Below are positions 8,202 through 17,526 of a DNA stretch of 64,000 nucleotides, one piece after another. A program made the translations under genes and the position numbers. Below the pieces are notes generated by a model. That model made no database searches. It saw only the letters and a list, made by a program, of their open reading frames with translations, and was not told where the DNA came from. The stretch's first letter is position 1; every line of letters begins with the position of its first letter. Origin of the DNA: a virus; the IMG/VR virus record IMGVR_UViG_3300046463_000247, positions 1 through 64,000 of that record; one strand, given 5' to 3'.

Positions 8202-9407
8202 TCAGATTTTGACCGTCTGTCCAGTCACTTCCAGCCGTGCCTTCAGCAGGTAGCCCGGCAGTATCTGGGTCGAGCACAGTTGCAGCCACTCACCGACGAC
8301 TTCGGCCTGATGGCTCTCGTCCACGTTCTCCAGCATCGGCGCGAAGCGTAACACCCGCACGGCCTGCGCAATGATGCGGGACGGCCCGTAGGCGACCTGT
8401 GCGGTGAACCAGTCCGTCTCCAGCACGCGGATCGCCTGGCCGATCAGGAACGCGCGTGTCGCGGGCATGGTGACGCCGTGGTGGGCGAGGAACTTCTGGG
8501 CCGCACCCGCTTCCGCCTCAATGCGCCGGGCGACCATCTGGCCTTCCGCGATGCCCGGGTTGTACGCGTAGTCCGGCACTCCGGCCACGATATTCAGTTC
8601 CGGGGGCGAGTACGGACCCAGCGCGTCGCCAGGACCCAGCACGTCCGGCATGTGCACGCGGTCCATCGTCAGCAGGCTCGTCACTGACAGGCTCGGGTCG
8701 TCCTGAAGCAGCTTGACCAGCCCGTCGCAGCGCAGCAGCGCCACGGCCTTGGCCCGCACCACCGAACTCTGCACGGCGGCAGCGCTCGCGTCCACGCCGA
8801 TCTCGTCAAAGTGGCCCAGCAGGAAGTTGCCTGCGGCCATGCGCGCGGTCAGTTCCCGGATCAGGGGCATCAGGCCGGGTCCACTGAAGACGTTCGTCCT
8901 GAAGCTGGCCCGGTAGGTGTCGAGCACTTCTTCCGCCGTCATGCAGGCGAACGAGTTAATCAGCCCTTCGACGTGCGGCAGGCCCCGCGTGAACAGTTCT
9001 TCGAGGTCCGCGCCCAGGCGGCTCGGCGTATGCGCGCACAGGCAGGCGATCACGTAGCTCACGTAGCCGCGCAACTCGTCCAAGCTCTCATGGGTCTCGC
9101 GCAGCATGCACACGGCGTCGCGCGCCACCTGCTCGGCGGGGAGCGCGTAGTGCTGGGTGATGTAGCGCACCAGCGTCGGCACCAGCATGGCCGTGTAGCC
9201 GCCGTTGACGAGACCCTGGGCGTACTTGGTGGCCGTGTTCAGGTCCAGTCGTCGCAGCGAACAGATCACCGCCTGTACCGCCTTGGGCACGCTCGACGGA
9301 TTCTTCACGATGATGCTGTGCTGAACGTACGCGCCGGACTGGTGGAACCACGCGTCCTGATGTTCTTCAGAGAACGGCGGTGCGTCCATCGCTGCAACCG
9401 TAGACAT
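8202..9407 (-). CDS. hypothetical protein, weakly RarA/MgsA C-terminal-like
   Basis: 401 aa; AVICSLRRLD..A and VPDYAY segments; no Walker A. Confidence 0.6.
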   Translation of the reverse strand: MSTVAAMDAPPFSEEHQDAWFHQSGAYVQHSIIVKNPSSVPKAVQAVICSLRRLDLNTATKYAQGLVNGGYTAMLVPTLVRYITQHYALPAEQVARDAVCMLRETHESLDELRGYVSYVIACLCAHTPSRLGADLEELFTRGLPHVEGLINSFACMTAEEVLDTYRASFRTNVFSGPGLMPLIRELTARMAAGNFLLGHFDEIGVDASAAAVQSSVVRAKAVALLRCDGLVKLLQDDPSLSVTSLLTMDRVHMPDVLGPGDALGPYSPPELNIVAGVPDYAYNPGIAEGQMVARRIEAEAGAAQKFLAHHGVTMPATRAFLIGQAIRVLETDWFTAQVAYGPSRIIAQAVRVLRFAPMLENVDESHQAEVVGEWLQLCSTQILPGYLLKARLEVTGQTVKI

Positions 9408-9997
9408 TACGACCTCCAGAGCGGTTCGTACTTGGGGACTTCACGTTCGGTGATGCGCGGGCGGATCAGTGCGTTATACGGGCCTTCCAGGCGCGCGTAG
9501 CCGGTTTCTGGATCAAACGCATGCACCCTGTACGCGTCGCTCGTGTGCTTGTGCACGAGGTACAGTTCCCGCTGGTCGCCGCTCTTGGCGAAGGCGCTCA
9601 GGGCGTCGAGGATGGTTTCGACTTTTTCGCCGCTGGTTTCGACTTGGCCTTCGATTTGGGCTTGGACTTTCGGGCTGCTGGCTTCGACGGGGACGCCGAC
9701 TTTTTCGCTGCTGGCCTGCGTCCCCGGCTGCTGTGGGGAGCCACCATCGTCCTTGCCCAGACCAGCGGCGAGCGCGAAGGCTTCTTCCTTGGTCAGGCTC
9801 GGTGCGGCCAGTGCATCGCTGACCCCGGTGCCCGGGATGTCCTGCGAGGGTAGCTCGGCCTGCACAGGAGCCGCGCTGACGGGCTCGGGTGTGCTGGCAG
9901 GTGCCTTGGGCTCGGTGGGCTGCTCGGGAGCGGCTGCGGGCGGTGTGGCGGTTGCCGGGGCGGTCTCACCCTCGGGCCGGTGAATTTTTAATGCCAT
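9407..9997 (-). CDS. Pro/Ala-rich hypothetical protein
   Basis: ATG 9997 after AGGAG; low-complexity N-terminus with globular C-terminal ~60 aa. Confidence 0.7.
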   Translation of the reverse strand: MALKIHRPEGETAPATATPPAAAPEQPTEPKAPASTPEPVSAAPVQAELPSQDIPGTGVSDALAAPSLTKEEAFALAAGLGKDDGGSPQQPGTQASSEKVGVPVEASSPKVQAQIEGQVETSGEKVETILDALSAFAKSGDQRELYLVHKHTSDAYRVHAFDPETGYARLEGPYNALIRPRITEREVPKYEPLWRS

Positions 9998-10081
9998 TCT
10001 TCTCACTCCTTGAGAGGCGGATCGTCCGCATAGCACTTATTTTAGCACAATCGGCGTATTGTCTAACGCACTTTGTGGGTT

Positions 10082-10728
10082 AAGACGCTCGGGCGTGACT
10101 CCGAGAGCGCAGGATTCAAACCGGCCTCGCTTGAACCGGGAGGCTTTGCCCTACTTAGGGAGCATCTAGCGGCACAGGCCCTTGCGGGTTACTGGGAGGG
10201 TAAATGGTCTCTTTTTCGGACTGGCTGGTCTGTGGCGTACCCGACATACGAGAGGATTTAGCGCCCTTGTCGCTCTATTCCCCGATCTTTCACGGGCTCT
10301 CACGGCAGTTAGTCCCTGCTGTCACCAGCAGTCACCGCGCTGGCACACCTGCATCGCCACCAGATACCCGACTTACGGGCGTCGTCTTACAGCAGCAGTC
10401 CACCGGTCATAACGCGAGGGATTCAGGGTCGAAGGAACCCCTACCCATATTCTGAAATGAACGCCGTCCGATTTCAGGCGGGCCTCTATTGGTCCCCGGA
10501 CGGCTCTACCCCTGAACTGGACTGCTGGTGTAAGACCTCAGTGAACCGGACAGCACGGGCGCGCAATGCGATGTCCCCGTGACAGGTATTGAGTGGACCC
10601 CGCTGTACGGGGCTGAACACGGGTCGTTATCTGCCACGAAAACTCCCGTCCCACTGGGTTCCTATCCGTTTCACTGAAGCCTTGCAATTGATTGCAAACC
10701 TCAGCCAGCGGGCCGGAGCCCGCCGCAC
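10082..10728 (-). ncRNA. putative large structured non-coding RNA
   Basis: No credible gene; 19-bp stem 10384-10402/10518-10536 with one mismatch, nested helices, minus-strand GNRA loops (GCAA, GUGA); ends approximate. Confidence 0.6.
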
Positions 10729-10734
10729 TGCGTG

Positions 10735-11538
10735 TTACTTTACTGCCTGCTTCACTTCGATGTCCCACTCGGGGAACAGTTCGGCGATCTTCGTCAGGGC
10801 CGCTTCGAAGCCGAGCGTCTTGACCTGCTCTTCGAACGGGACTTCCGTGCCGCCCGTTGCGCCGCCGATCACGCCTGCGAGGTAACCCGCGCAGATGTTT
10901 TCGAGCGCCACGCTGTCAAATTCGGTGCCGGTCTCGGCCTTGGCCTTCGAGAGCGCCGACTTGATCGTGTTCGCCTGGTCGTTCTTCACAGCGAACTTCA
11001 GGCTCACGTTGTCGCTCGTGGTGGACGACGAGGTTTCGCCCGCTTCACCCGTGACCGTGCCCTTCAGCAGCTTCTGGAGTTCCACGACCGTCAGGCCCTC
11101 AGCCTTGGCGACCATTTCGTCCAGGTTCTCCAGCGTCAGGTGTTCGGCGAGGTCCTTGAGCTTGGTCCAGCCGAGGTGGCTGACCTTCTCCCACGGAATC
11201 TGCTTCACAATCAGGTGATCGTAGATGTCAATCAGGTAGCGCGCCTTGCGCGACTTGAAGCCAAACTTCTCTTCGACATACGCGTCGAACGATTCGAAGC
11301 CTTCGAACCACGAGTTGTCCTGGATCAGCTTGAGCACACCGCCCAGCCGCAGGTACGACACTTCGATGGTCTCGTTCAGCTTCTCAGCCTCGCCGAGAGC
11401 CTTGGGCTTCGACATGGACTGGATTTCGGCGGCAGTGTCAAAGAACAGATCGCCGGTCGCGGTCTTGCCCTTGGATTTGGCCTTGCCGACCACGACGGTC
11501 TCGGGCTTCTGTTCTTGCACTTGCTCTGCTGCGCTCAT
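10735..11538 (-). CDS. helical hypothetical protein, possibly DNA-binding
   Basis: 267 aa; strong codon bias; own promoter; FESFDAYVEEKFGFKSRKARYLI HTH-like segment. Confidence 0.75.
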   Translation of the reverse strand: MSAAEQVQEQKPETVVVGKAKSKGKTATGDLFFDTAAEIQSMSKPKALGEAEKLNETIEVSYLRLGGVLKLIQDNSWFEGFESFDAYVEEKFGFKSRKARYLIDIYDHLIVKQIPWEKVSHLGWTKLKDLAEHLTLENLDEMVAKAEGLTVVELQKLLKGTVTGEAGETSSSTTSDNVSLKFAVKNDQANTIKSALSKAKAETGTEFDSVALENICAGYLAGVIGGATGGTEVPFEEQVKTLGFEAALTKIAELFPEWDIEVKQAVK

Positions 11539-11604
11539 GGCTGTGGTCCTTCAGTCGGAATAGTAAACCGGTTACGGGTGTTATTTGGGTGCTGCGTGAG
11601 AATC

Positions 11605-11633
11605 ATAATAAGCACCCGTGCCCGGTTTGTCAA
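11605..11633 (-). promoter_or_regulatory. sigma70-type promoter
   Basis: TTGACA-N17-TATTAT. Confidence 0.75.
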
Positions 11634-11658
11634 ACAGTCTTTGCAATCAATTGCAAAT

Positions 11659-12306
11659 TCACGCGGGAATTACGGGTGCTGTTGCTTCAATCTGCTTCGA
11701 GAATACGGCGCGCACCTCGTCCAGTTCCGCGTCCTTGTCGCGGTTGCGAAGGAGTTCCACGTTGAACGTTCCGGTCTGCATCCGCTCGGTCAGGTGTGCC
11801 ACGTTGGCACCCATCACCTGCGCGGGCGTGGCGTCGGCGAGTGAGCCGCACAGGCCATACAGCAGCGGCCATGCTTCCTCCACCAACCCCTTGATGCGGT
11901 CCAGATCGAACTCCAGTCCCTCGTACGCCACCTTGAAGGCCCGCAGCATCTGCGTGCTGATTGAATCCAGCTTGAGCAGTGCCGCCGTGTTCGTCATTCC
12001 CACCACCTTGAACTTGCGTTTGTTGGCGGGCACGCGAATCTTCACGGTTTTCGATGCAATCGTCAAGGCGTAGATCGCTTCCCCGAGCTTTTCACGCAGT
12101 TGCGGGCGCACAGCCGGGTCGAACTGGAACCCGAGAATGTACTGGGCCAGCACCTCACGGACCTCCCCCATTGCATCGGCGAAGCCGACCAGGCCAAACG
12201 AGAGATTCATGTACTGGGCCTTGCGCGCGACGGTGCGCAGTCCTGCCTTAGCCGGTTTGGCGTTGAGGGTTTTGGCGACGCACCGACGATATGTTGCTGT
12301 GTCCAT
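11659..12306 (-). CDS. MazG-like (degenerate NTP pyrophosphatase fold) protein
   Basis: GFADAMGEV..LREKLGEAIYAL..VMGANVAHLTERM resembles the MazG pattern with acidic residues altered. Confidence 0.5.
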   Translation of the reverse strand: MDTATYRRCVAKTLNAKPAKAGLRTVARKAQYMNLSFGLVGFADAMGEVREVLAQYILGFQFDPAVRPQLREKLGEAIYALTIASKTVKIRVPANKRKFKVVGMTNTAALLKLDSISTQMLRAFKVAYEGLEFDLDRIKGLVEEAWPLLYGLCGSLADATPAQVMGANVAHLTERMQTGTFNVELLRNRDKDAELDEVRAVFSKQIEATAPVIPA

Positions 12307-12392
12307 CTTAAGACTCCAAGTTAAAGTGTTGCTGCCTTTCGGCCTCTTTAACCCCTAGCGACACGGATGTGCCGCCCGTCTTGGTCCTTGTT

Positions 12393-12884
12393 TTAGTATC
12401 CGCGAACGACTGACTTCTTCTGTTCGTCGGTCAAACTCCCGGACAGGAATGCAGCCCCCATCCGGTTTAGTGCTACTCCATCAATCACGTCGTCCGACTT
12501 GGACGTGAACCCGAACCGGGACAGCACTGCTGCCTTCATGTCGGGCTTCTTCGCCTTGCCGCTGCCGGTCAGCCACTTCTTCAGCGTGGTCGGCGGAATC
12601 TCGTACCACGGGATGCCCCGCCGCAGTAGCTCCAGCCGCACCACCGTGCCGACCTCGACCATTTCCTTCATCGTGAACTGGTTGCCCAGCCCGTATCCTT
12701 CGATGAAGGCCACAGTCGGCTCGAATTCGTCCAGTACATTCGACGCGCTGTTGCGCAGCTTCTCCACTCTCACCAGGCCCTTCACGCCCTTGTGGTGGAT
12801 CGCTTTCGTCATGAACTGTTCGCTTTCCGGGACAGTCTGTGCCATCCCGATATACGTGCTCACGTCAATTCCAAGTATTCGCAT
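12393..12884 (-). CDS. ruvC: RuvC-like Holliday junction resolvase
   Basis: ILGIDVST, FIEGY, PTTLKK..TGSGKAKK, DDVIDG. Confidence 0.85.
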   Translation of the reverse strand: MRILGIDVSTYIGMAQTVPESEQFMTKAIHHKGVKGLVRVEKLRNSASNVLDEFEPTVAFIEGYGLGNQFTMKEMVEVGTVVRLELLRRGIPWYEIPPTTLKKWLTGSGKAKKPDMKAAVLSRFGFTSKSDDVIDGVALNRMGAAFLSGSLTDEQKKSVVRGY

Positions 12885-12905
12885 GGTGTGCAATCAATTG
12901 CAAAG

Positions 12906-13796
12906 TCAGGTGATCGGAAGCTGGGCCGGGAACTTGCCGGAGAAGCACGCCTTGCATAGCTGGCAGTTTTTCGCCGCCGTATCGTTGGTTGTCGAACAGA
13001 TGCCAGCCGGAATAACCTTGTCCTGCCTGGCGATCTTGATCGCGCGTGCCTTCTTCAGCAATGGTTCGAGGGGAGCATCGTCACGTTTTACGTCGAATTC
13101 CTTGAAGGGTAGAATCTTTCCACCCGCAGTTTCATTCTTCTTGCCGAACCCCCGGCTCACGTAAAACACCTTCGCTTCATGGAGATTGAATCGGGGTGTC
13201 CAGATACTACCCGACTTTTCTACGATCCTCAAATACAGCGAAGTGCGAATACGGTGTTCTGCGAGTGGTGCGGCCAGCGTGGCGAACTCGTCCACCGCCA
13301 TGATCTTCAGTTCGGTGATGAAGAGCTTCGGGGCCATCAGGTCCATAATCGCGTCGAGACTGCCGGATATGCCCGTGTCCGCGTCTACAAACCGCACCTC
13401 GCGGTATGCCCAGTTGCACGCCATCAGCTTCGTGCAGCCCTCGGGCGGCTTCTTGCAGAAGGTCCGCATTTCCCCGCACGTGGTGCATTCCCAGTTGCCG
13501 TGTATCGCGTCGCCCGCCCACTTGTTCGTGAACAGGTCCGCCGTGGCGTTGCCCACGTCAAAGGTGGCCTCCAGCGCGGTCGCCAGCCACTCACCCTTCG
13601 GCTCTTCCTGAAGCACGTCGTACAGCACATAGCGGCGCGGGCAAAAGTCGGGCTTGGTCACGTCGGACGCGTGTACCGTGGCCGGGCTGCGCGCCGGACG
13701 CCAGCCGCCGATGTTCTTTTCCATGACGCTGATGATCGAATACTTCGGCTTCAGCGCCTCTTGCACTGCCGGTTTCAGCCAGCTTGCGGCCATCAC
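12906..13796 (-). CDS. Cas4-like PD-(D/E)XK exonuclease
   Basis: HAS..FCPR, GSLDAI..ELK, C-terminal Cys cluster CxxC..C. Confidence 0.7.
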   Translation of the reverse strand: MMAASWLKPAVQEALKPKYSIISVMEKNIGGWRPARSPATVHASDVTKPDFCPRRYVLYDVLQEEPKGEWLATALEATFDVGNATADLFTNKWAGDAIHGNWECTTCGEMRTFCKKPPEGCTKLMACNWAYREVRFVDADTGISGSLDAIMDLMAPKLFITELKIMAVDEFATLAAPLAEHRIRTSLYLRIVEKSGSIWTPRFNLHEAKVFYVSRGFGKKNETAGGKILPFKEFDVKRDDAPLEPLLKKARAIKIARQDKVIPAGICSTTNDTAAKNCQLCKACFSGKFPAQLPIT

Positions 13797-14179
13797 TCAC
13801 CCCGGTCCAGGTCTTCCAGCAGTTCTTCGTAGTGGGCGCGCGGCATCATCACCCAGTCACCGTGTGGCTTCGCGCTCCCATCGCTATTGACGAAGGAGAC
13901 GGTCAGCCCGGGGATCGCGCCTTTCGCCAGGGCCTCATGGCTGATCTTGACGAGCCAGCCGAACTCCAGCGACATGCTGCCGTGAACCGTGGACTTCGCC
14001 TCGATCAGCACGGTCCGCTGGTGCAGGCGGCGTTTCATGTCGCCCTTGGCTCCCCGCAGTGCGCCGCTGGCGGGCGTCTTCTGCGCCCCCAGCTTCTTCG
14101 CAATCCGGTCTTCGCTCGCGTTGCCGTGACGGGTCTTGCCCATCGCCGCCGCGCGCCGCATGAACGGGCTGTCGGTCAT
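13793..14179 (-). CDS. PD-(D/E)XK endonuclease (Hjc-like resolvase)
   Basis: SEDRIAKKLG..PASGA..KGD..IEAKST; start ATG 14179 overlaps the recA stop. Confidence 0.7.
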   Translation of the reverse strand: MTDSPFMRRAAAMGKTRHGNASEDRIAKKLGAQKTPASGALRGAKGDMKRRLHQRTVLIEAKSTVHGSMSLEFGWLVKISHEALAKGAIPGLTVSFVNSDGSAKPHGDWVMMPRAHYEELLEDLDRGE

Positions 14180-15342
14180 TTGGCCGCGCCCTCCGCTTCG
14201 ATCAGGAACGCCTGCCCTGCGGTTGCGTCGAGCACCATCTTTTGCAGGAACAGCGCGAACTCGCGCTCGGCCTGATAGGTGTCCTTGAGCGGCACCAGGG
14301 TCGGGAAGTTGCCCTGCCCTTCCAGCACCCAGCCGGTGCCCTTGTCGGCCTTGCGCAGCAGGTTCAGCGCCTTCAGGTGGCTCGACACGCTGTTCCACGA
14401 GTCGGACTCGCCCACCGACAGGTCGCCGTGCGGGGTCATACACAGCTTGTATTCGAACGACATCTGGCGCACCGCGACCTTGGCCTTCTTGATCACCGCA
14501 CTGGTGTCCTTGAAGATCGGCAGGTCCGGGTGAATCTTCGCGTCGATCACGTTCTTCCCGTAAAGTCTCACCGTCAGCGACGACAGGAACTTCATCGTGT
14601 TGCCGCCCGGCATCGTCTCAGGGTCGCCGAACATCACGCCGATCTTCATCCGAATCTGGTTCACGAGGATCACAGCCGGGAAGTGCCCCTTGCGGGCCTG
14701 CACCGACTGCGCGATGACGATCTTGTTGCACATGCGCTTGATCAGGATCGAAGCGGTGCCCACGTCGAACTTCTCCGCGCTCTGCTCCAGTTCCTTCGTG
14801 CTCGTGATCACCGCCAGCGAATCGAGAATGACCAGCGCCACGTCGTCGGCGTACAGGAACGCGTCCATCGCGTCCACCGCTTCCTCGCCGTAGGCGGGCT
14901 TGACCAGGATCAGGGCGTCCACGTCCACGCCGAACATCGCCGCCCACTCGGGGTCGAACGTGCCTTCTAGGTCGATCCAGACCACCTTGTTGCAGTGCGC
15001 CGGGCCGCGCTGGGCGTTGGCGACCGCACAGTAGCAGATGTTGGTCTTGCCCGATGATTCAGGGCCGAAGACGATGGAGTAGCGCCCCTTCGGGAAGCCA
15101 CCACCGGTTGCATAGTCGAACTCCCAGACGCCGGTCGGGATGCGCTCGACACGCGGGATACTGGAGCCCGCCATCACGAGGCCCGGGCCTTTTTGCTTCG
15201 CCAGTTGCGCCATCACTGCCGCGCTCTCACCCTCAGTGCCGAACTTCGGTTTTGCAATTGATTGCACGGCGGCAGAGACGCCGGTTACTGCTGTTGCGGG
15301 AGACGGATGCGTGCCCGCCTCTCCATTGACCTTGAGTGCCAT
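14176..15342 (-). CDS. recA: RecA-family recombinase
   Basis: GGGFPKGR..FGPESSGKT, LDSLA, VNQIRMKIGVMFGDPETMPGG. Confidence 0.95.
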   Translation of the reverse strand: MALKVNGEAGTHPSPATAVTGVSAAVQSIAKPKFGTEGESAAVMAQLAKQKGPGLVMAGSSIPRVERIPTGVWEFDYATGGGFPKGRYSIVFGPESSGKTNICYCAVANAQRGPAHCNKVVWIDLEGTFDPEWAAMFGVDVDALILVKPAYGEEAVDAMDAFLYADDVALVILDSLAVITSTKELEQSAEKFDVGTASILIKRMCNKIVIAQSVQARKGHFPAVILVNQIRMKIGVMFGDPETMPGGNTMKFLSSLTVRLYGKNVIDAKIHPDLPIFKDTSAVIKKAKVAVRQMSFEYKLCMTPHGDLSVGESDSWNSVSSHLKALNLLRKADKGTGWVLEGQGNFPTLVPLKDTYQAEREFALFLQKMVLDATAGQAFLIEAEGAAK

Positions 15343-15365
15343 GCTTACCCCTTTCTGGTTGCGGA

Positions 15366-15743
15366 TCAGGAGCCCTTAACGGACCCGATTGCTTCCTGAA
15401 TCTTTTCGGACACCCAGTTCGAAGCGAACTCGTAGCCCTCGTTAAGTTCGTCCTTGTGGCACGGGAACGACAGCGACACGTGAATCTTGACGTTGCCGTA
15501 CGCATTGTCGGGAATGGTCTGCCCGCCACCCACCGTGATCGTGCACAGCTTGTCGGGCGGGATCATCATCCCGGGGTGCACCACCTCGGTTTTGTCCTGC
15601 AATACCGTCTCGTGCTTCACGCCCGCCGTCTTCGTCGCATGGGTCATCTGCACGTTGCCCACCGCCTGCTTGGCGCTGTACGGCTGCACGGGCTGGCCCA
15701 GGTGCGCCGCGAACGGGTTCGGCTTCTCGATCTTGATGCCCAT
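15366..15743 (-). CDS. hypothetical protein
   Basis: Tightly packed ORF in the operon; ATG 15743. Confidence 0.7.
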   Translation of the reverse strand: MGIKIEKPNPFAAHLGQPVQPYSAKQAVGNVQMTHATKTAGVKHETVLQDKTEVVHPGMMIPPDKLCTITVGGGQTIPDNAYGNVKIHVSLSFPCHKDELNEGYEFASNWVSEKIQEAIGSVKGS

Positions 15744-15744
15744 G

Positions 15745-16179
15745 TCAGTTCCAGTTCGCAGCAATCGCCGCGATCAGTTCGTTGCGAAGACCCTCGGTCG
15801 CCGCCGACGTGCGCTTGCCATACACCGCGAAGAACTTCGCCAGTTCCTTCAGCAGCAGGACCTGCTTGTCGGTGAAGTACAGCTTGCTCCCGTGCTCGTG
15901 AGGGGCCGGGTAGTACTCCTTCTTACGCCACTCGCGCAGCGACCACACCGACACGTCGATCTCGTCGGCTGCGGCCTGCATGGTCGTGGTGTACTTCGGG
16001 TCCAGCGGCGCGCGGGCCTGCCGTGCCTTGGCCTTGTTCGCGCGGTTCTGGGCGATGATCTTCTGCCGGTACTCCGGGTCCGTGTGGTAGCGCTGTTTGC
16101 GCTGCTTCGAGAGCGTGTCCTTATTGGACTTGTACCAGCGGGAGAATCGCGTCTCTCCAGCGTCTTTTGTCTCTGCCAT
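15745..16179 (-). CDS. MerR-like HTH DNA-binding protein
   Basis: TTTMQAAADEIDVSVWSLREWRKK..P.P....YFTDKQV. Confidence 0.7.
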   Translation of the reverse strand: MAETKDAGETRFSRWYKSNKDTLSKQRKQRYHTDPEYRQKIIAQNRANKAKARQARAPLDPKYTTTMQAAADEIDVSVWSLREWRKKEYYPAPHEHGSKLYFTDKQVLLLKELAKFFAVYGKRTSAATEGLRNELIAAIAANWN

Positions 16180-16182
16180 AGT

Positions 16183-17484
16183 TCAACCTACGTGAACAAT
16201 CTCCGCGCCGATGGAGTAGTACTGCTTCTCGCGGCTGCGGTAGAAGTTATCAAAAATCGGGTCTGCATCGACAAGATCGAGCGCCACCGGCTGCTTCTTT
16301 CCGTCCATCTTGCGGATGATCCGACCGACTGCCTGGGTGACGTTGGCGCGCGGCGTGCCGAGCACCAGGGTGTCCCACCAGGGCTTGTTGGTGCCCTCCG
16401 CAGTCATCGCGTAGGTCGCAAGCACCACCTTCTTCTTCGCTGCCGCGTCGAGCGCGTTCTTCGTGCGCCCGCCGATGTAGTAGTCCATTTCCTCGCCCGG
16501 GATACCGGCCTTCGCGAGCACGTGGAACAGCGGTTTCAGATGGTCGTCTATCAGGTCACTCATGATCACGGTCGTCCGGCCTGCCGCAAACGCGGCCTGC
16601 GTGAACTCCACGATATGCCAGTTGCGCCCGAAGTCCTGGGCCTGCAACTTCGACACGGCCATCATCTTGCCGGGTGTCGCCTTCATCCAGCCGGGTTTGC
16701 GCCAGCCGGTCTTGCGTACCAGAATCTTCGCCTTCATCGGCACCTGCGTGCCGCGTACGAGGATCGGTCCGATGTGCGCCTCGACCAGTTCCCACTTGCC
16801 GTCCGCGCGCTTGGTCGTCGCCGACAGCCCGAGACGCAGCTTGGCGGGAAACAGCGCGCACGCGGTGAGGAAATAGTCCGCCGCCATCCGGTGCACCTCG
16901 TCAAAGATCACCAGGCCGAAGTAGCTGAAGAACTTGTAGTCGTACTTGTCGGGGATCACCACCGACTGAACCATCCCGATCACGAAGCGCTTTCCCTCGT
17001 ACACGCACTTGTCCTGCTGCACGTGGCCGATCTGCGACTCAGGCACCTTGAACACATTCAGCAGCGTGTCGCGCCAGCTATGCACGAGGTCCTGTTTGGT
17101 CACGAGGATCAGCGTAGGCTGGCCGATGTCCGCTGCGGCCATGACGCCAATGATCGTCTTGCCGAATCCGGTCGGGGCCTCACAGATGTGGCTCAGGCCC
17201 AACCTCAGCGCCTCGATCACACTCGCAATCACCTGCGCCTGGTCGTCATCACGCGGCTGCACGTGGTGGGCCATCGGCTGCGGGGTGTACCACACGCGCT
17301 GATCGTCCTTGCTCGTCGGTGCAAGCTCGCGCGGCACCAGCAGGCAGTTGCCACGGCGGATTGCCGCGTTGAACGGCTCGCCGATCTTGGGCACGAACCG
17401 GAACATGGCTTCGAGACCCGGCGAGTACGGGTACACCGACATTGCAGCGGTCGAAATGGGGAGTTCTGTCAGCAGTTTGTGCAT
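16183..17484 (-). CDS. SF2 DExH helicase
   Basis: APTGFGKT, FDEVH, GLSAT, QAVGRIIR. Confidence 0.92.
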   Translation of the reverse strand: MHKLLTELPISTAAMSVYPYSPGLEAMFRFVPKIGEPFNAAIRRGNCLLVPRELAPTSKDDQRVWYTPQPMAHHVQPRDDDQAQVIASVIEALRLGLSHICEAPTGFGKTIIGVMAAADIGQPTLILVTKQDLVHSWRDTLLNVFKVPESQIGHVQQDKCVYEGKRFVIGMVQSVVIPDKYDYKFFSYFGLVIFDEVHRMAADYFLTACALFPAKLRLGLSATTKRADGKWELVEAHIGPILVRGTQVPMKAKILVRKTGWRKPGWMKATPGKMMAVSKLQAQDFGRNWHIVEFTQAAFAAGRTTVIMSDLIDDHLKPLFHVLAKAGIPGEEMDYYIGGRTKNALDAAAKKKVVLATYAMTAEGTNKPWWDTLVLGTPRANVTQAVGRIIRKMDGKKQPVALDLVDADPIFDNFYRSREKQYYSIGAEIVHVG

Positions 17485-17526
17485 ATCGGGCGGAACCGGG
17501 TTGCCCCGGCCCCTGTGGTTATAGGA

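Noticed and set aside
10082-10728. tRNA cluster or small CDSs in the intergenic gap
   Set aside because: No cloverleaf with a T-loop GTTCRA and acceptor stem found by eye; listed short ORFs lack typical codon bias.
12906-13796. Cas4-like gene as evidence of a CRISPR-Cas system
   Set aside because: Solo Cas4-like nucleases are common in phage recombination modules; no other cas genes or array.
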